Part shown: one piece after another, positions 12,564-26,397 of the stretch
Numbering within the stretch: position 1 is the first letter of the stretch
How the letters are laid out: the number at the start of each line of letters is the position of its first letter
Assembly: GCF_037042905.1 (NCBI RefSeq)
Contig: NC_087251.1
Span: forward strand, 17,176,001 to 17,240,000
Direction of reading: 5' to 3'
Source of the DNA: Lytechinus pictus
Taxonomy: Eukaryota
DNA length: 64,000 nucleotides
Notes under the pieces: generated by a model
What the model saw: the letters and a program-made list of their open reading frames with translations, nothing else
What the model was told of the DNA's origin: nothing
The model's database searches: none
Program-made: the position numbers and the translations under genes

Positions 12564-15056
12564 GTCTAAGTGACCAAAATATTTCACATGCGAAGAGCGG
12601 TGCGATCAGTAACTGATATCGTTAAAAAAAAAGAGAACTGATCTCAGCAAAAATTATAATTTTTATTTTTTGTAGGTATTTCTGTATCAATGGTGGAAGT
12701 TTCATGAATTATAATAAATTAGTTGTTTGAAATGACTGAATTTATTAAGTGTTCAGTAATACAATCCACTGACATACTGATTTATATCAAACTATGTGCT
12801 TACATGTAGTCTACATTCTTCTGAACACACACCATATGCAAACGAGAAAGGTGACAAATTTCATGGTACACTGCACTCAAGGGTTCATTACCATCCTGCC
12901 TGTGGGGAATCTACAGGTAGGACTATGGTATGCCAATGCTGTACATAGCACACACTTTAAAAAATCATTGAAATATCACTTTCGTGACCAAACATACTAA
13001 TTTCCATACAGTTGCAATTCATTTTTCATTAGTAACTTGGGAGTAATTTTTGTATTCACCAGAGCGCTCGAAAACTTGAATTTTTGGCATATTTTTGTGT
13101 ACGCCCTCTATTGGTGGAAAGTAATATTGCAAGACAATTGCCATTTTTCAATCTCTATTTTTAATTAAGAAAAGATAATTTAAAGAATCAAATTTACTTA
13201 AGAGCCAAGTTATATGATGAATAGCTGTAATAGAAACTGACAGTGTCAACAAATCTCCAAAGAAAAAGAGAAAATGTGCCAAACATTGCCAACCTTATTT
13301 CACCACACAGGGAGTAGTAACAGAGAACAAGGTTATATCATAACCTTTTTCATAGAATGAGTGGGTACACTGTAACTTGTAAGGCCTTTTAAATATCCTC
13401 TGGCATACTACTTTTATAGTTGATAAAATATTGCTTGCAAAGTTCTTGAAAATGTCTAGATAAACAAGTCTGCAGACATACATGTACACCTGAGCGGGTG
13501 CTAGCTAACTCGGCATTTGAGAACTCAAGCTCCCTCCAAAACAAAAAATTATGTCCCAAGTTCATTCGAACTTTGATTGAAGTTGTCGTCAAACTGTACT
13601 GGACACTTTAAAGTTCAACTTGTTTGTCTGGACAAGACAGCAATTTCAAGAACTTTGCAAGCAATAAAATATATAATAAACTGACCCAACTTAAGTTAAA
13701 TAGCGCTCGATCTAAGTAACGTTAAGTCTTAACGTACTTAGATTGAGCGCTATTTTGTTGAAAATATTAGATATATTATTTTGATCCTTCTCCATATTTT
13801 CATTTTCAATTTTGGGTGGCTGTCGGCTGTCGCAAAAGGAACTCTTCGCAAAATTTGTAACAAAATAATTTCAAACTCAATGTTCTTTTCTACAGATTTT
13901 GATCGATTTATTGTATTTTAGTAATTATACTGCATCTACTGGAAAAATACAATTGTGTCTGCAGTCAAGTAACAATCTCAGCTATCTCAACATATGGTGA
14001 GGTCTTATGATGGACGACTCCAAACCTAATATTTCGGAGGGGTCAAACTTCCTCAAGAGTTGACTTGAGGCCACCCATGGGTGCATTACTGCCGCCATGT
14101 ACAGGAAAATTGAAGGCACGGCGCATGCAAAATTGCAACAAACTCCCGCGAATTTAAGAAGAAATTTAATCGAATCAAGTACTTCTATGAAACTTACCGA
14201 ACGATGTGAAGTCAATTCCCCCTAATATATTGAATATCCCTCAAATAGCGTCATTTAAGCGTTGATTTTTTTTCTCGTTGACAAAATACGAACATCACTT
14301 CCATCTCCCAAATTTTTTCGTCTAATTAGCTAAAGAGGGCGCGCGATTTATCTTCATATTAAAGACACTACATGGGAAAGACTAGGCACAAAAACTATTT
14401 TACACGTAAATCGATGCAAAGCGTTACGCCAAGTCGGCAAAGTGTCCAGTCTAATTACTGTAAAGACTTTGGTGGAACGTTTATTGACAAACGAACGGTA
14501 GCACTGCGTTTGAATGTTTTCCGAAAAGTATTATCGTCAGCAAAAAATATAAAAAGTATGTTTTTTAAGTTATTGCATTTATTGGTGTCTATATTTTATC
14601 AAACAATCATGGGAATTGCGCATACAGTACCAGTCACAATTCTTTGACTACCTGTTTCTCCAGAAAACAATAGATTCAGTGGACCGAATCTATTGTTCTC
14701 TGGTGAAACAGGTAAACAGATAGTCAAAGAATTGTGACTGGTAGTATACAATGAATCAAGAATCTGGTTAAAAATAAACCGACAAGCTGAATTAAGGTTG
14801 TGAATTGTATTAGCGCCACCAACGACCTTCCTTTTATTTCCGTGGAAGAGACATGCAAAGCAACTTTTCAGGCTGAGGTAAGCGATTTTGCTCTTTTTTA
14901 TGTGGTTTTTATATAGAAGAAATATTTGTAAAATTGAAAATGAAACGCTTTTCACCAGAAGAAGCCCTGGTGAGTAGCGGAATGAGTTTTGTTTAACATT
15001 ATTCGTATTATGACCAACAACTCTAAGACTAAAATCCATTACGTAAACACGTTGGT

Positions 15057-16633
15057 CAGAGCTGCCAACCTTGTGCAAGCAGAAAAAGGAATCATTATGG
15101 CCAAAAAAAGGAATTTCCAACAAAAAAAAGGAATGTGTTAAAACGAACCTTAAAACCACATGCGACAAACATCCAATGCAAAAAGTATGTATGCAGTGAA
15201 CAATTTAAAAAAAGTTAATCTCTAGGCCTAGTCTGGGCTAAGTAACGGAGTGTTACAAATTGGACCCAGCTTAGTCTTGGGCCATTTGATATAATCTACC
15301 AACTTTAATTAAGTCAGTAGCAGGGCTTGAATTAAGAATTGAGAGGGGCAAGGCCATTTTTAAATGGGCACTTTCAGTTTGGGGCAACCAGCAAAGTGGC
15401 CTTGGATGCCCCAAAATTTCAAGGGGTATCAAGGCCACTTTTATTCTAGTCAAATGGGCACCTAGGCAAATTTTTCTAAAAATGACAAGTAGGCCTTTCA
15501 TTTTGTAGTGCAACCTACTCCGGCACTTATCAAAGTGAAGATCTGTCGAGAAAAAATTCTTTCAGGAATTCAGGGGCACCAAAATCAGTTCTGGTGAACA
15601 TTTTTAGGGCTTCCTTTCCACTTCTAAAATAATTAATTGTTTTATGTTGAGTTTCCTGACAAAACTACCAAATTGTAGACTAAGAGAAAGAAAAAAAAAG
15701 GTGACATCAATTCAGACTTCTCTTCCGAAGTAACATTGTTTTTGCCAAACAGTACCCTTTAAAATTAAAGTGTCATAAAATGGAAGTGTACATGTAACAT
15801 TCCACAAATATAGAAAAATTATTCATAAATCAATCTAATCTAAAATTCAAATAGATCTAGGTATAGATAAGAAGTTGAAATCATTCCACAAAAGTCCCAT
15901 CGTAAATCACTTCACCATGTGCACAGCTCAGCCTCAATCACACTGCACGCACACTCAATCATCCCCAGCAGTGACAGCACTATAGAGCAGACATCTAGGC
16001 CGCCAGAACTGGGGAAGAAATCTTCCCATTCCTGCTAAACTGAATGCTAAAGTGCCGACTTTTTTAATGAATTCCAAAGGCAGTAGGACATCTCTCTAGT
16101 ATAAATCATGTAAAACTATCAATAAATGTTGAATATCACCCAGAATTATTACTTCAGGGGACAATGAAGAGCTTTCCAGGTCTTTTCACAGCCGAATTCA
16201 TCGTATTTGTTTGATACGAGTTGATGAAAATTAACCAGACAGTACCGCCCGTCAAAACATAATCATCCTCGATTCTTTCGTTTGTCATCGTAAGTTGCCA
16301 TCTTGGATGACGTCATCATCCTTACAGACGTATTTACCAGTCGCTATATATCGCGATTCGTACCATGCATGCCGCTCGCATATTCAACTAACGTATATGT
16401 ACGTGCACGCTATCAAATTATTAAAGTGCGTTGGAAAACCGGCCGGCGGGCGACTACGCACGCGCAAGTACCAGGCTCATCTCGGGCTCAACACGCACTC
16501 CACATACATACAATTCTGTACACACATTATCAAAATTGTCAAAAAACGTAATTTGAAAAGAAAAACCATAATGCCGGAATTTGAATGAAAAAACGTAATG
16601 ATTACGGCAAAAACGTAATGGTTGGCAGCTCTG
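15057..16633. mobile_element. Non-autonomous DNA transposon, 14-bp TIR CAGAGCTGCCAACC, 6-bp TSD GTTGGT
   Basis: GTTGGT|CAGAGCTGCCAACC ... GGTTGGCAGCTCTG|GTTGGT. Confidence 0.85.
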
Positions 16634-16797
16634 GTTGGTGCATTAGCCAATAAATATTATAAAATATTATATTTATTGGCTAAGCAAGTCTTTTACAATT
16701 CACGATATTCATCGGCCAATGGAAGTATTTTTTTAAAATTTAAATTGGCACTGCTCATGATTTCGTCGCCCTCTCTTATTATACGCATATTGTGACT

Positions 16798-17246
16798 TAG
16801 ACAGCTGGCAGCCGTCTGTTTCGAGGAGTTTTTTAACTTTTTTTTTTTTTTTTTTTATTTCTCCTCATACACAGACGGCTCGCTAGCGTGCAGCCACCAT
16901 TAGGGGACTTGCAATGCAAAATCCCCCCATCGGGGTCTTCAATTTTTGTCTTTAATGAATAAAAATTTTGAAAATTAACCTGACCAAAATGCAAATTAAT
17001 ATTTCCTCTTGGCATTAATTGCCAAAAAACTGAGAAAAATCAAGTTAAAAAGAACAAAAACAGTGACTTACCTCGGCTGTCGCGCAAATTCACTTCCCCG
17101 TTTTATCCGATCTTAAGTACATAAACATATGGCCATTGAGTCCCCTGTACAGATCGCGCTAGAACTTCGGTCTCTGTATTTGGTGAGTGAAGCCAACGGA
17201 GTTCAGCTGAACAACCAACATAACAGAGACCGAAGCTTTTGGTCTA
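16798..17246. mobile_element. Insertion with 5-bp TAGAC/GTCTA termini, 9-bp TSD and a hairpin near each end
   Basis: ATTGTGACT at 16789-16797 and 17247-17255. Hairpin arms at 16810-16819/16871-16880 and 17165-17177/17223-17235. Confidence 0.65.
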
Positions 17247-17955
17247 ATTGTGACTAGGCTACGAACAAAGACGGAAATATGGCGACAAGATCATCTGTAT
17301 CTGCTCATCTCCTTACAATTTTTCTTAATTTTTGTTTTATTTTTCGTGTAAAAATAAGGTTATAAGTGCCTAATGGGGGAAAAATTAACTTCTTTTGTTT
17401 TTCCATTTACAAAATTGTGTGATAAGTTAAGCAAATCAAGTATTTTGGAGCAACATTGTTGTCTCCAAAAATACTCGCCTGTGTGTGGGCCCATGCTATG
17501 CCGACCCAGTCTTCATGGGGATTAAGCCTACGTATAGTAGAAATAATTTTACTCCCCAGAAGCCTCCAGGCTACGTGTGAGTGACTTGAGGCTGGACCAA
17601 AATCAAATTGGGCTTTAGCCTTAGGCTACTTACACAGATTTCAAGGCGTGGGACAACCAAATCAAGGATACCAAATTAGGCTAGCTCTATACTCATTAAA
17701 ATCGAAGTTCTCTTACCTCTGTCAGGCCCATATTACACAGCTGACAGACTCCAGTTTTTTCTGCATTTTGAATATGAGGTTTGATAGAATTTCCCATTTC
17801 TAAGGGTTCAAAAGATAAACAAAAGTTGACAGACCCCGATCTCTAATTCCGGCTGTTAAGTTCTGATCAACAGATGGCGCTATTTAACTTGCTTCAAGGC
17901 TTGCTTTATTTCAACTCTGGTTTCAATTCGACTTTTCATCATCATCATCATCATC

Positions 17956-19368
17956 CAGGCGCGTAGCCAGGTGTGGGCAGTGGGGGCGGTCGCCCCCCCC
18001 CCAAAAAAAAAAGCGAAGGGAGGAAAGGGAAGAAAGGTAACTTTGTGGGTTTTTCTTTTTATTCTTTTATTTTTTTCTAAAAAGAGAAACTCCTTCACTC
18101 TTGCTCTAATTTATCTATATGAATTTTGCTTCTGCGCTGCGCGCGGTTAAATGACAATATTGCAGTTCTCCTTTGTATCTCCTCACCCTTTCTCTAACCC
18201 TGTTTTTCCACCTCAGCTATATGTGTTTCTTGCCAGTTAAAGTTCAAATGTATACATTAGGGCATGGAATTAAACATGTTTTATAGCTCCATGGAATTAG
18301 AGTAAGGTTAGTCCGAAGTATATAAAGTTATCTCTTTTTTTTCAAATTGATCGCGCAACTTCTGGACAGGTCGGGTCGACTCCGGGCGGGTAAATCTTTA
18401 TATCAATTTCTGCCGTCACCTCCATATAGGCAACTTCTCCGCTTTTCAGCTCATTATTAACAACCATAAATTGGGGGCAAAAATGTACCTATTTAAAAAG
18501 AGGAAGGTAGGCCCTATACAATTCGTGTCGTATTAAATAAAAAAAAAAGTAAAATATTTTTTTATCAAATTCTATTAAACTTCATTTCCCTGCACATTCA
18601 TCTCCTGTCCTGTTTTGCGCCCTCAGTTTGAAATTTTGAATGACACTTAAGTTTCTTTATCATTCAAAATAAAGCACTTCAGGATAATAGTCAAAGAAAT
18701 CATCCTTTTTTATATAATTTAAATAAATCACAGAAGTTTCAACTTTTTGCGCACTATTTTCATTGTAATGAAGTTCAATAATCTTAGAAAATCAAATGAA
18801 TTAGAGACGATGGGGTATGAGAGATATCTGCATTTGATGAAACGTCCGCCGTTTGAACTTCAGAGTTTCCTTTGCTCAGGGCGGGGAGGAATATCTTCCT
18901 CCCAGCATATACCCCTCTTCTCCTCTGTTTTGCAAGTTAAAGATATAATTGTTTGAAATCAAATCTGATCTTTCCAAGGGACGCATTCATTTTAACTTAG
19001 AGAACCCTTATCTCGGGACCCTTTTTGGGGAAACTAAATTGATAAAACGCTTTAGCTTCCGCGGGGTAATTATTATTTTAATTTCCTCCATTTTATCCCT
19101 TTTTTGTGCGTTCACAATCACTTTTGAAAACGAGGTTCAAAATCACAATATAGTCAACTGAATTGGAGCTGATATAGGTACTAGAGACAAGAGAGACGGC
19201 TCCTTTTCATTTTAATTTATGAAACACCGAAAGCTTCGCGAGGGAGGGGGAAACTCCCCCTCCCTGCTCCCACCCCCTAGGGGGCGCGCTTTGCGCGCTC
19301 TGTAAGTGTTTGCACACTTCGCGTTTATTTACCGCCCCCTCCAAAATGAAATCCTGGCTACGCAGTTG
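17956..19368. mobile_element. hAT-like MITE inserted in a (CAT)n tract
   Basis: CAGGCGCGTAGCCAGG / CCTGGCTACGCAGTTG TIRs; flanks TCATCATC and TTGTCATC. Confidence 0.75.
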
Positions 19369-19371
19369 TTG

Positions 19372-19735
<364 letters not shown>

Positions 19736-19819
19736 GCCATAATCACCATCACCGACATCATCAAGATGAGCATTATCGGTCATCATGATCATGATCGTTA
19801 TCATCAACCATGATCTGAA

Positions 19820-20206
19820 TATGGCATACAGAAATGTGCCGCTGGAATGGGTCGCTTTTTTGGAAGAAATTCCTGAACATGGGGTATGGTTTTATGCTAG
19901 AAAATCCCTAAACATGGCCCCCCTTTTTAGATACTGGCCTTAAACATGGGTCCACTGCCCCACTTTTTAGATACTGGCCTTAAACATGGGTCCATGACCC
20001 CAATTTTTAGATACTGGCCTTAGACATGGGTCCATATTCTTTTCCAATTTTGGGTGATTACCCTTTTCTTTTTTGCTTGTCAAATTTTAATAAATCCTTA
20101 ATAATGGGTACCTTTTTAGCAAAAATGACCCGTAAATATGGGTATGGGTTTTGAACCTTCAGCCGCACACCCCCGTCCAAACCAAATCTAAATACCCCCC
20201 CCCGGG
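19820..20206. mobile_element. Partial CCCGGGGG-terminus MITE with three ~38-bp tandem units
   Basis: Ends TACCCCCCCCCGGG; TTTTTAGATACTGGCCTTAAACATGGGTCCA occurs three times. Confidence 0.6.
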
Positions 20207-21296
20207 TCTTAATCACCGTCATCCCTAACATTACCATGATCATCACCGTATTGATAATTTCCATCATTATAAGCTTTATCATCATCACAACCATTTTCAC
20301 CATCATCATTTCAAAGTTATTTAAAAATTCGGAATTAAAAAAATATATATATTCATTGGCAATAGATTGAAAGGAAGTTAGGAAGAAAGAATGCAACAAA
20401 TTTCTCCTCCCCCTTTTTTTTTCCATCTCAGAAACCATATGGAGTTTTAACTTTTTATGCTATCAACATTGTCAGACAAACACTTTAAACACAACTTCTA
20501 AAATTTTGCAAAAGTTATCTCCACAACCTTTTACATGTATCTCATCTCAAATTCTAATCAGATAATTGTCTGTCACTCCCAAATTCATAAAAGTTGAATC
20601 TGAATCCTCAAACTCTATTTATTTGGATACCTAAATATATATTTCGGGTATGACCCATTACCTTATATTTGCCCTTGTGACCCCCGCATCTAATCAGACA
20701 ACTGCCCCTCCAATATGCACACATAGACAAAGTTTGAAGTTCTTCTAAAATGTTCCTGCATGAAAATATATTTCAATCACAATGTATGTATGACCTCTCC
20801 GGCCTTTGAACTCATGAATCCAAAATCTATGGCGATCATCATCACTCACAAGCCAAGAAGTCAAAATCACATAAGTTTCTTTGGTTATTGCAACTTAATG
20901 TATTCGAGTATAAAATGACCTCTGCGACATTTGACCTTTGACATTGATCCTCCAAATCTAATCAGATCCTCACTTCTAAATGCACACTTAAAAATTAAAT
21001 CTGAATTTGATCTGTGACATGGTTCTGTAGTTATCTTGAGAATGGAAATGGGACTAACCACCCAAAGACAGCCGCTTCCAGCAATCGTCATTGGTGGGCA
21101 GAGACATAAACAAAAATTTGAGGACCCTCCCACTTTCCCCTAGAACATATTCATACTATCCAGGATATACTTTGTACAGATGGTGTCTAATTGCATTCAG
21201 GATCTATACTTCTGTGGTCTCTTAATTCATACACAACTCATTTGGATTGATATGAGACAGAAAAAGACAATTCATGTAATTGGTAACAATCAAATT

Positions 21297-21302
21297 TTTA
21301 TT
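21297..21302 (-). terminator. Candidate polyadenylation signal (AATAAA) of the SYT14/16-like gene, implying a ~5.1 kb 3'UTR
   Basis: TTTATT on the + strand, with a T/GT-rich tract downstream on the minus strand. Other AATAAA hexamers lie between here and the stop, so this site is tentative. Confidence 0.35.
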
Positions 21303-22398
21303 GCTTTTTCCATAAATATTTGAACAAGATATCTTTTCATACCATATATTCCATTATCATACCCCATCAATAGCTACAAATAATAAATGTGATATTTACA
21401 TGACAAGTACTGTGATATATAATAAACTAACAGTAATAAACTAACATGATGCAAGCATTACCCATTTTTTGGTCCACTGAAAATCAGTCTTCAGCATACT
21501 ACCCTTTAAAATAAGATGAAATCTATCTCAAGAACTTTTTGAGCAAAATATCTGTATCACTACATAATTCTCAGAGAACTTCTGAAGCTTTGCTTCTTCT
21601 TAATGCATTCATGTGCAACTATAAGAATAGCAATACAAGTTCTTACTTGCTGTTCAAATACTTATCATATGAATATTCAAAATAATGAACTAATGATGTA
21701 CAATTAACTTTGTTAATAAGACACATCAATTTATACAGCAATGAATAAGCTACAAAGTACAAAGATGCAAATTCTATGTATTCACATAGATGAGTATTTC
21801 CTTTTAGAAACGCTCAAATCTGCAAGCCTTGGAAATTGATATTTATTGTACTATTCACTGGCTGGACTTTCATGATGTAATCAAAATGTCAACTCAGTCA
21901 TGATTACATGCATTTGTATAGAGAATTATTCTATTATTTTCTTGTTTACAAATTTGAAGTTTTACTCTATTTGCATAGAAAAATTTCATTGAGAATATTA
22001 GTGTATTATTGACAGAAACCTACAGCTTTGAGTCATATATATGCCTATTAACTACAATAGCTGATATGTCAGACAATACATGGGTGAAAGCAGCGCAAAA
22101 TAGGCAGCAAATCAATCATTGGAAACAATTACCTTTTTAGCTATAGGTTTCATCTATTTGAGTAGGAAATACTTCCAAATTTGTTTTATGCATATTTTTT
22201 TTTAAGCTTTGAATGTGATATATATAAAATAAAGTAATCAAAGTTGATCTTTTTTTTTTTTACATAAAAACACATGAAATAACAATTCATTAATAGTAAT
22301 ATGATGCAATAACATCCATATTAGAGGAATGCAAATATGAGTATTTTGTGAGTATTTGTAGGAGTATTTGTCAGTAACAAAATTTGTGAAATTTTGCT

Positions 22399-22761
22399 GG
22401 TGCTGCACCATCCCGAGTTTGCTCAATCTCGAGATTTTAGCCCGATCGGCCCTCTTCGCGATTATAATCTCGAGATTCAAGAAACCCCGTCTCCACCATC
22501 GCAAGAGGAGCAATTCATGCTCGAACGAGGCATTATGGTCCGACGCCGTGAATAAATACGAATTGGCGCGATAATTCGTAAAATAGCGCGCTATTTTGCA
22601 AATAATCCCAAGTTGACTTGGGATTGCAACCTCGAGATTAATCCTACGAACTAGCGCGATAATTGCGTCTCCATTGCAAATAATCTTGAGTTCAGATCAG
22701 GATAATTTGTCGAATCAAAAATAGCGCGCTAATTTGAAAACTCGGGATGGTGCAGACGGCC
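22399..22761. mobile_element. CpG-rich palindromic MITE in the putative 3'UTR
   Basis: TGCACCATCCCGAGTTT / AAACTCGGGATGGTGCA inverted termini. Confidence 0.8.
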
Positions 22762-23775
22762 CTTTTATGAATCAAGGTTCTGAACTTCTTCACAAACCCC
22801 CATATACTCATCATAAATTCACAGATGTTTTTTGTTAACTTGTGTTTTAAAGGAGTCATACATTTCACAACAAAATGAAATTTCTGAGAACATTTCCATT
22901 TCTGAGGATAATCCATTTGCAGAAGAAAAGTAATGACGACAAACTTAAAAACCAAGAAAAGATTAATCTAATTAAAATTTTCAGATAAAGTGTTATACAA
23001 TATATAAGCAAGTATAATTATCATTATTTAGATGACTTAGTATGCACATGTTTTCCCTAGTAAGTACAATACGACAAAAGCAAGATTATTTTACAAGGAA
23101 TCACATTGATATAATATTCAGGTACACTGTATAAATGCATGCACTGAAATGAGTACATCATATAAAACCCAAACCATTTCAATAAAAAGGATATGATAAT
23201 CATAATTAAAAAGCTATTAGTGTTATTAGATATGTGAAATCTCAGTTACTGGAAGACATTTTGTGGAAGATATATAATTTTCAACTTTGTAAGATTTGGA
23301 AGCTCCTTTTGGTCATGACATATTTGGAAAGTCTAAATACAACTGTTTTTCCCCAAGACAACTTTTAATACAGATAATTAATTACCAGAAGGTCATGATG
23401 AAATGAATAATAATTCCTACCTGTTGCCTGTCTGGATATAAATCATCAAACTAGCACATTAATTTTCTTTTCATGTCAATTCATTTGTGTAATTCATACC
23501 AAAAAATTAAATGTAATGAATATTGAGACACTATATAAGGCTAAACCCTACAAGTGGTGTTTGCATAAAAAACACTGAAATACTGTTAAATACACATGAA
23601 AATGTCAGTTTTTTCATACAAACTATCCGGTACAAACAACTTATTTGTAGATAAATATGTCAGCCTACTACAATGGCATAATCTAATATTATATAAATAC
23701 TCTTGCACAAGCATGGAGGCCTATTAAAGTTCAGCCTTTGGTCTAGCAATCACTGTTACCAAAAGTCTAGTACAA

Positions 23776-24402
23776 GGCCCCGTCTTACAAAGAGTTGCAA
23801 TTGACCTGATCAATCGCAACTATGGACAGCCAGCAACGTCAACATATAAAATGCTTGTTTGTTCAAACAAATTTCTAGATATGAATGTATATCCATAAAT
23901 TCATTGATTTGACAATTTGGTGTGTTCTCCTTTGTTTCCAAAGGACATTTTACAAATTTCCTGCTGTAGAAGAAATTATGACACTGATGGATTTCCATAG
24001 AGTTAATAATAATAATATTCCGCATTTATATAGCGCTTAACACATCGAAACGACATCTCTAAACGCTTTACAGATATATTATTACCCCGGTCATCGGATC
24101 CTTGCATGCCCGCATACAATGTATGCACCTTCTCCACTCCCTGGGGAGCATACCAACAAGAGTTCCAAGACTCAATTGCTAGGCATACTACATAGGCTTT
24201 CGCATCCTACTGGGTACCCATTTAACACCTGGGTGGAGAGTGGCAAATTGTGGATTGACGCCTTGCCAAAGGACGCTAGGCCATGGCGGGATTCGAACAC
24301 ACGACCCTCTGATTACAAGGCGAGAGTCAGAACCGCTACACCACGGCGCTTCCACGGTTACGATTGATTGGCTCGATCGTAACTCTTTGTAAGACAGGAA
24401 CC
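23776..24402. mobile_element. MITE split by a SINE
   Basis: GTCTTACAAAGAGTT at the left end and AACTCTTTGTAAGAC at the right end. Confidence 0.8.
24005..24356 (-). mobile_element. Full-length tRNA-derived SINE with a Deu/Nin-like core and an L2-type (TAT)n tail
   Basis: On the minus strand: A box TGGTGTAGCGG, B box GTTCGAATCC, core CTCTCCACCCAGGTGTTAAATGGGTACC, tail AAGCGCTATATAAATGCGGAA(TAT)n. Confidence 0.85.
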
Positions 24403-26397
24403 AGATTACAATCAAGGTAATGGCATCACTGAACTATGCCTGAATACATGAAGACATCCAGTCATTGAATAAACAAAAATTACAGTATTTGACCCCACCC
24501 TAAGGACATCTTTGCCCATAGGGAACACAAACAGATATATCTAAATCATACAACATCCTCACTAAATCCTCAATGTTCATTTTTCTCATTCATATGCAAT
24601 TGTGATATTCCTGTGCAAATAAAGTCCATAGAACTTTTTTCAAATCCCTGCCAACAACCCCCTTGCCTTATCTACATGTACATGTACCTCCCATCCCTCC
24701 CTGGTTAAATAATACACATCTCATTCCAATAAAATAAAGATGTTGTCCTTGTTATTATCAGGAAAAAAAACTAAATGTCAGAAATTCAAAAGAAACATAC
24801 TAGTTAAATATAAACAAATTCATTTGTTATTTATACAGCAGATGCTCAATAAAAAAAGAAGAAATATCAAACAAACTAAAATCCTGGTTATTATAGTTTC
24901 CGACATGACCATAACATAAAAACACACTAACAATACTTGCAAACCTGTTGAGGAAACCTAAAAATCAAATAACAAATCCATCTTGGCACACACAATATAC
25001 ACATAACTTGTTCTCTCAACCTTTTTCATCAGGCAATAATAATCTAATGGTTTCTCAGATTGCTTGTGCGACAGACCTCAATAAAGAAAATTGTTACGTT
25101 ATCATACCAGCACTACATTGTGTAGATCCATTTTCTATTATTATATACGAGTATTACATAATAACATATCATACATGAGGATGGTCATAACACTGACAGT
25201 TTCTAAGTAAAGGTTGTTGAAACTACCTTGCCAATATGTGTGGGTCATGCGTGTGTCTTTGTGCATGTTCAAAATAAAGATCCCAAGCCATGCTTACTTT
25301 TTAGATGTACCGATACCTTACACCATGTCTTACATACCATATTTCTGTAAATGTATTGCAAAAATACCCTTTTAAACAGTCAAAAATTAAGCAAACATAA
25401 ATATTGCAAAATATGCTAAGTTCCTTTTAGCTCTACAGATTTTTTAATGGTTAGTATACCATTATTAAATTTTAAAAAAATATGTGAAATCGTGTTATTT
25501 TTCATGATTAAGAAACATTAAATTATCTAATAGAATTTGAGAGCACTTGATTCACAATCTGAACAGCGACATTAATTGAACATTACACGTTCACGGAGGT
25601 AAAAAATCATTTAAAACCACTGGCCTATTTGTCGTCCAACAGGTTATACAAAGACAACAATCTCATATGTGAGTATCAATGCTCTATCAATAAACAAATG
25701 ATAACATTAAATAAACTTAATAAACCCAGTATCATGTGGTCATTCCAATAATACAAAATAATCTAGATATGATACTTGTAGGCACTAGTCACACCTTTTA
25801 AGGTTTCATTCAATCATTCATGCTCATCTTTTGTAGGGGCACAATTGACATTTTGAAATGCAGTTTAATCGTTCAAAGCAAAGTTGCATCCTTTTCATTT
25901 CCATACAATATATCAAAATGATGTAATACTTGAAGATATACCTACAAAATCCACAAATATTGTTCAAAGGATAGATGGACCAACCATGCCTGGTACTAGT
26001 ATGAGCAGAAACAGTGCTCCCCTGCACTATTAACTAGATTTGCATTTCTCAAGGGTGTTTTTTACTCCTGAGCCCTTTGACACAAAGCTTGTCAATTGAT
26101 CATACCATCGATATGTATGATTGATATCATATAATGACTAATACAAGCAATCGTTCAAATCAATCTTATGATCAGTCACAAAGCTTTGTGTAATGGGGAA
26201 GCATATTGATTTTGCTTCCTTGTCGAAACACACTGTTACTGACACTGATTCTGCACAGCTGTACAATCTTGATAGTAGATGGGAGTACATGTTTGATAAT
26301 CTCATCAGCAAACCTTTGTGCTGATGTTAATCAGGTACAAGATCGGAAGGAGAGATAAAGAGTATTTGTCTAAGGAAGTACTCCATGGTTTAATCCT

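Noticed and set aside
17279..17365. Plus-strand MATRSSVSAHLLTIFLNFCFIF... signal-peptide-like micro-ORF after an ETS/YY1-like motif
   Set aside because: It stops after 28 codons, its hydrophobicity comes from a T-rich tract, and no downstream exons were found.
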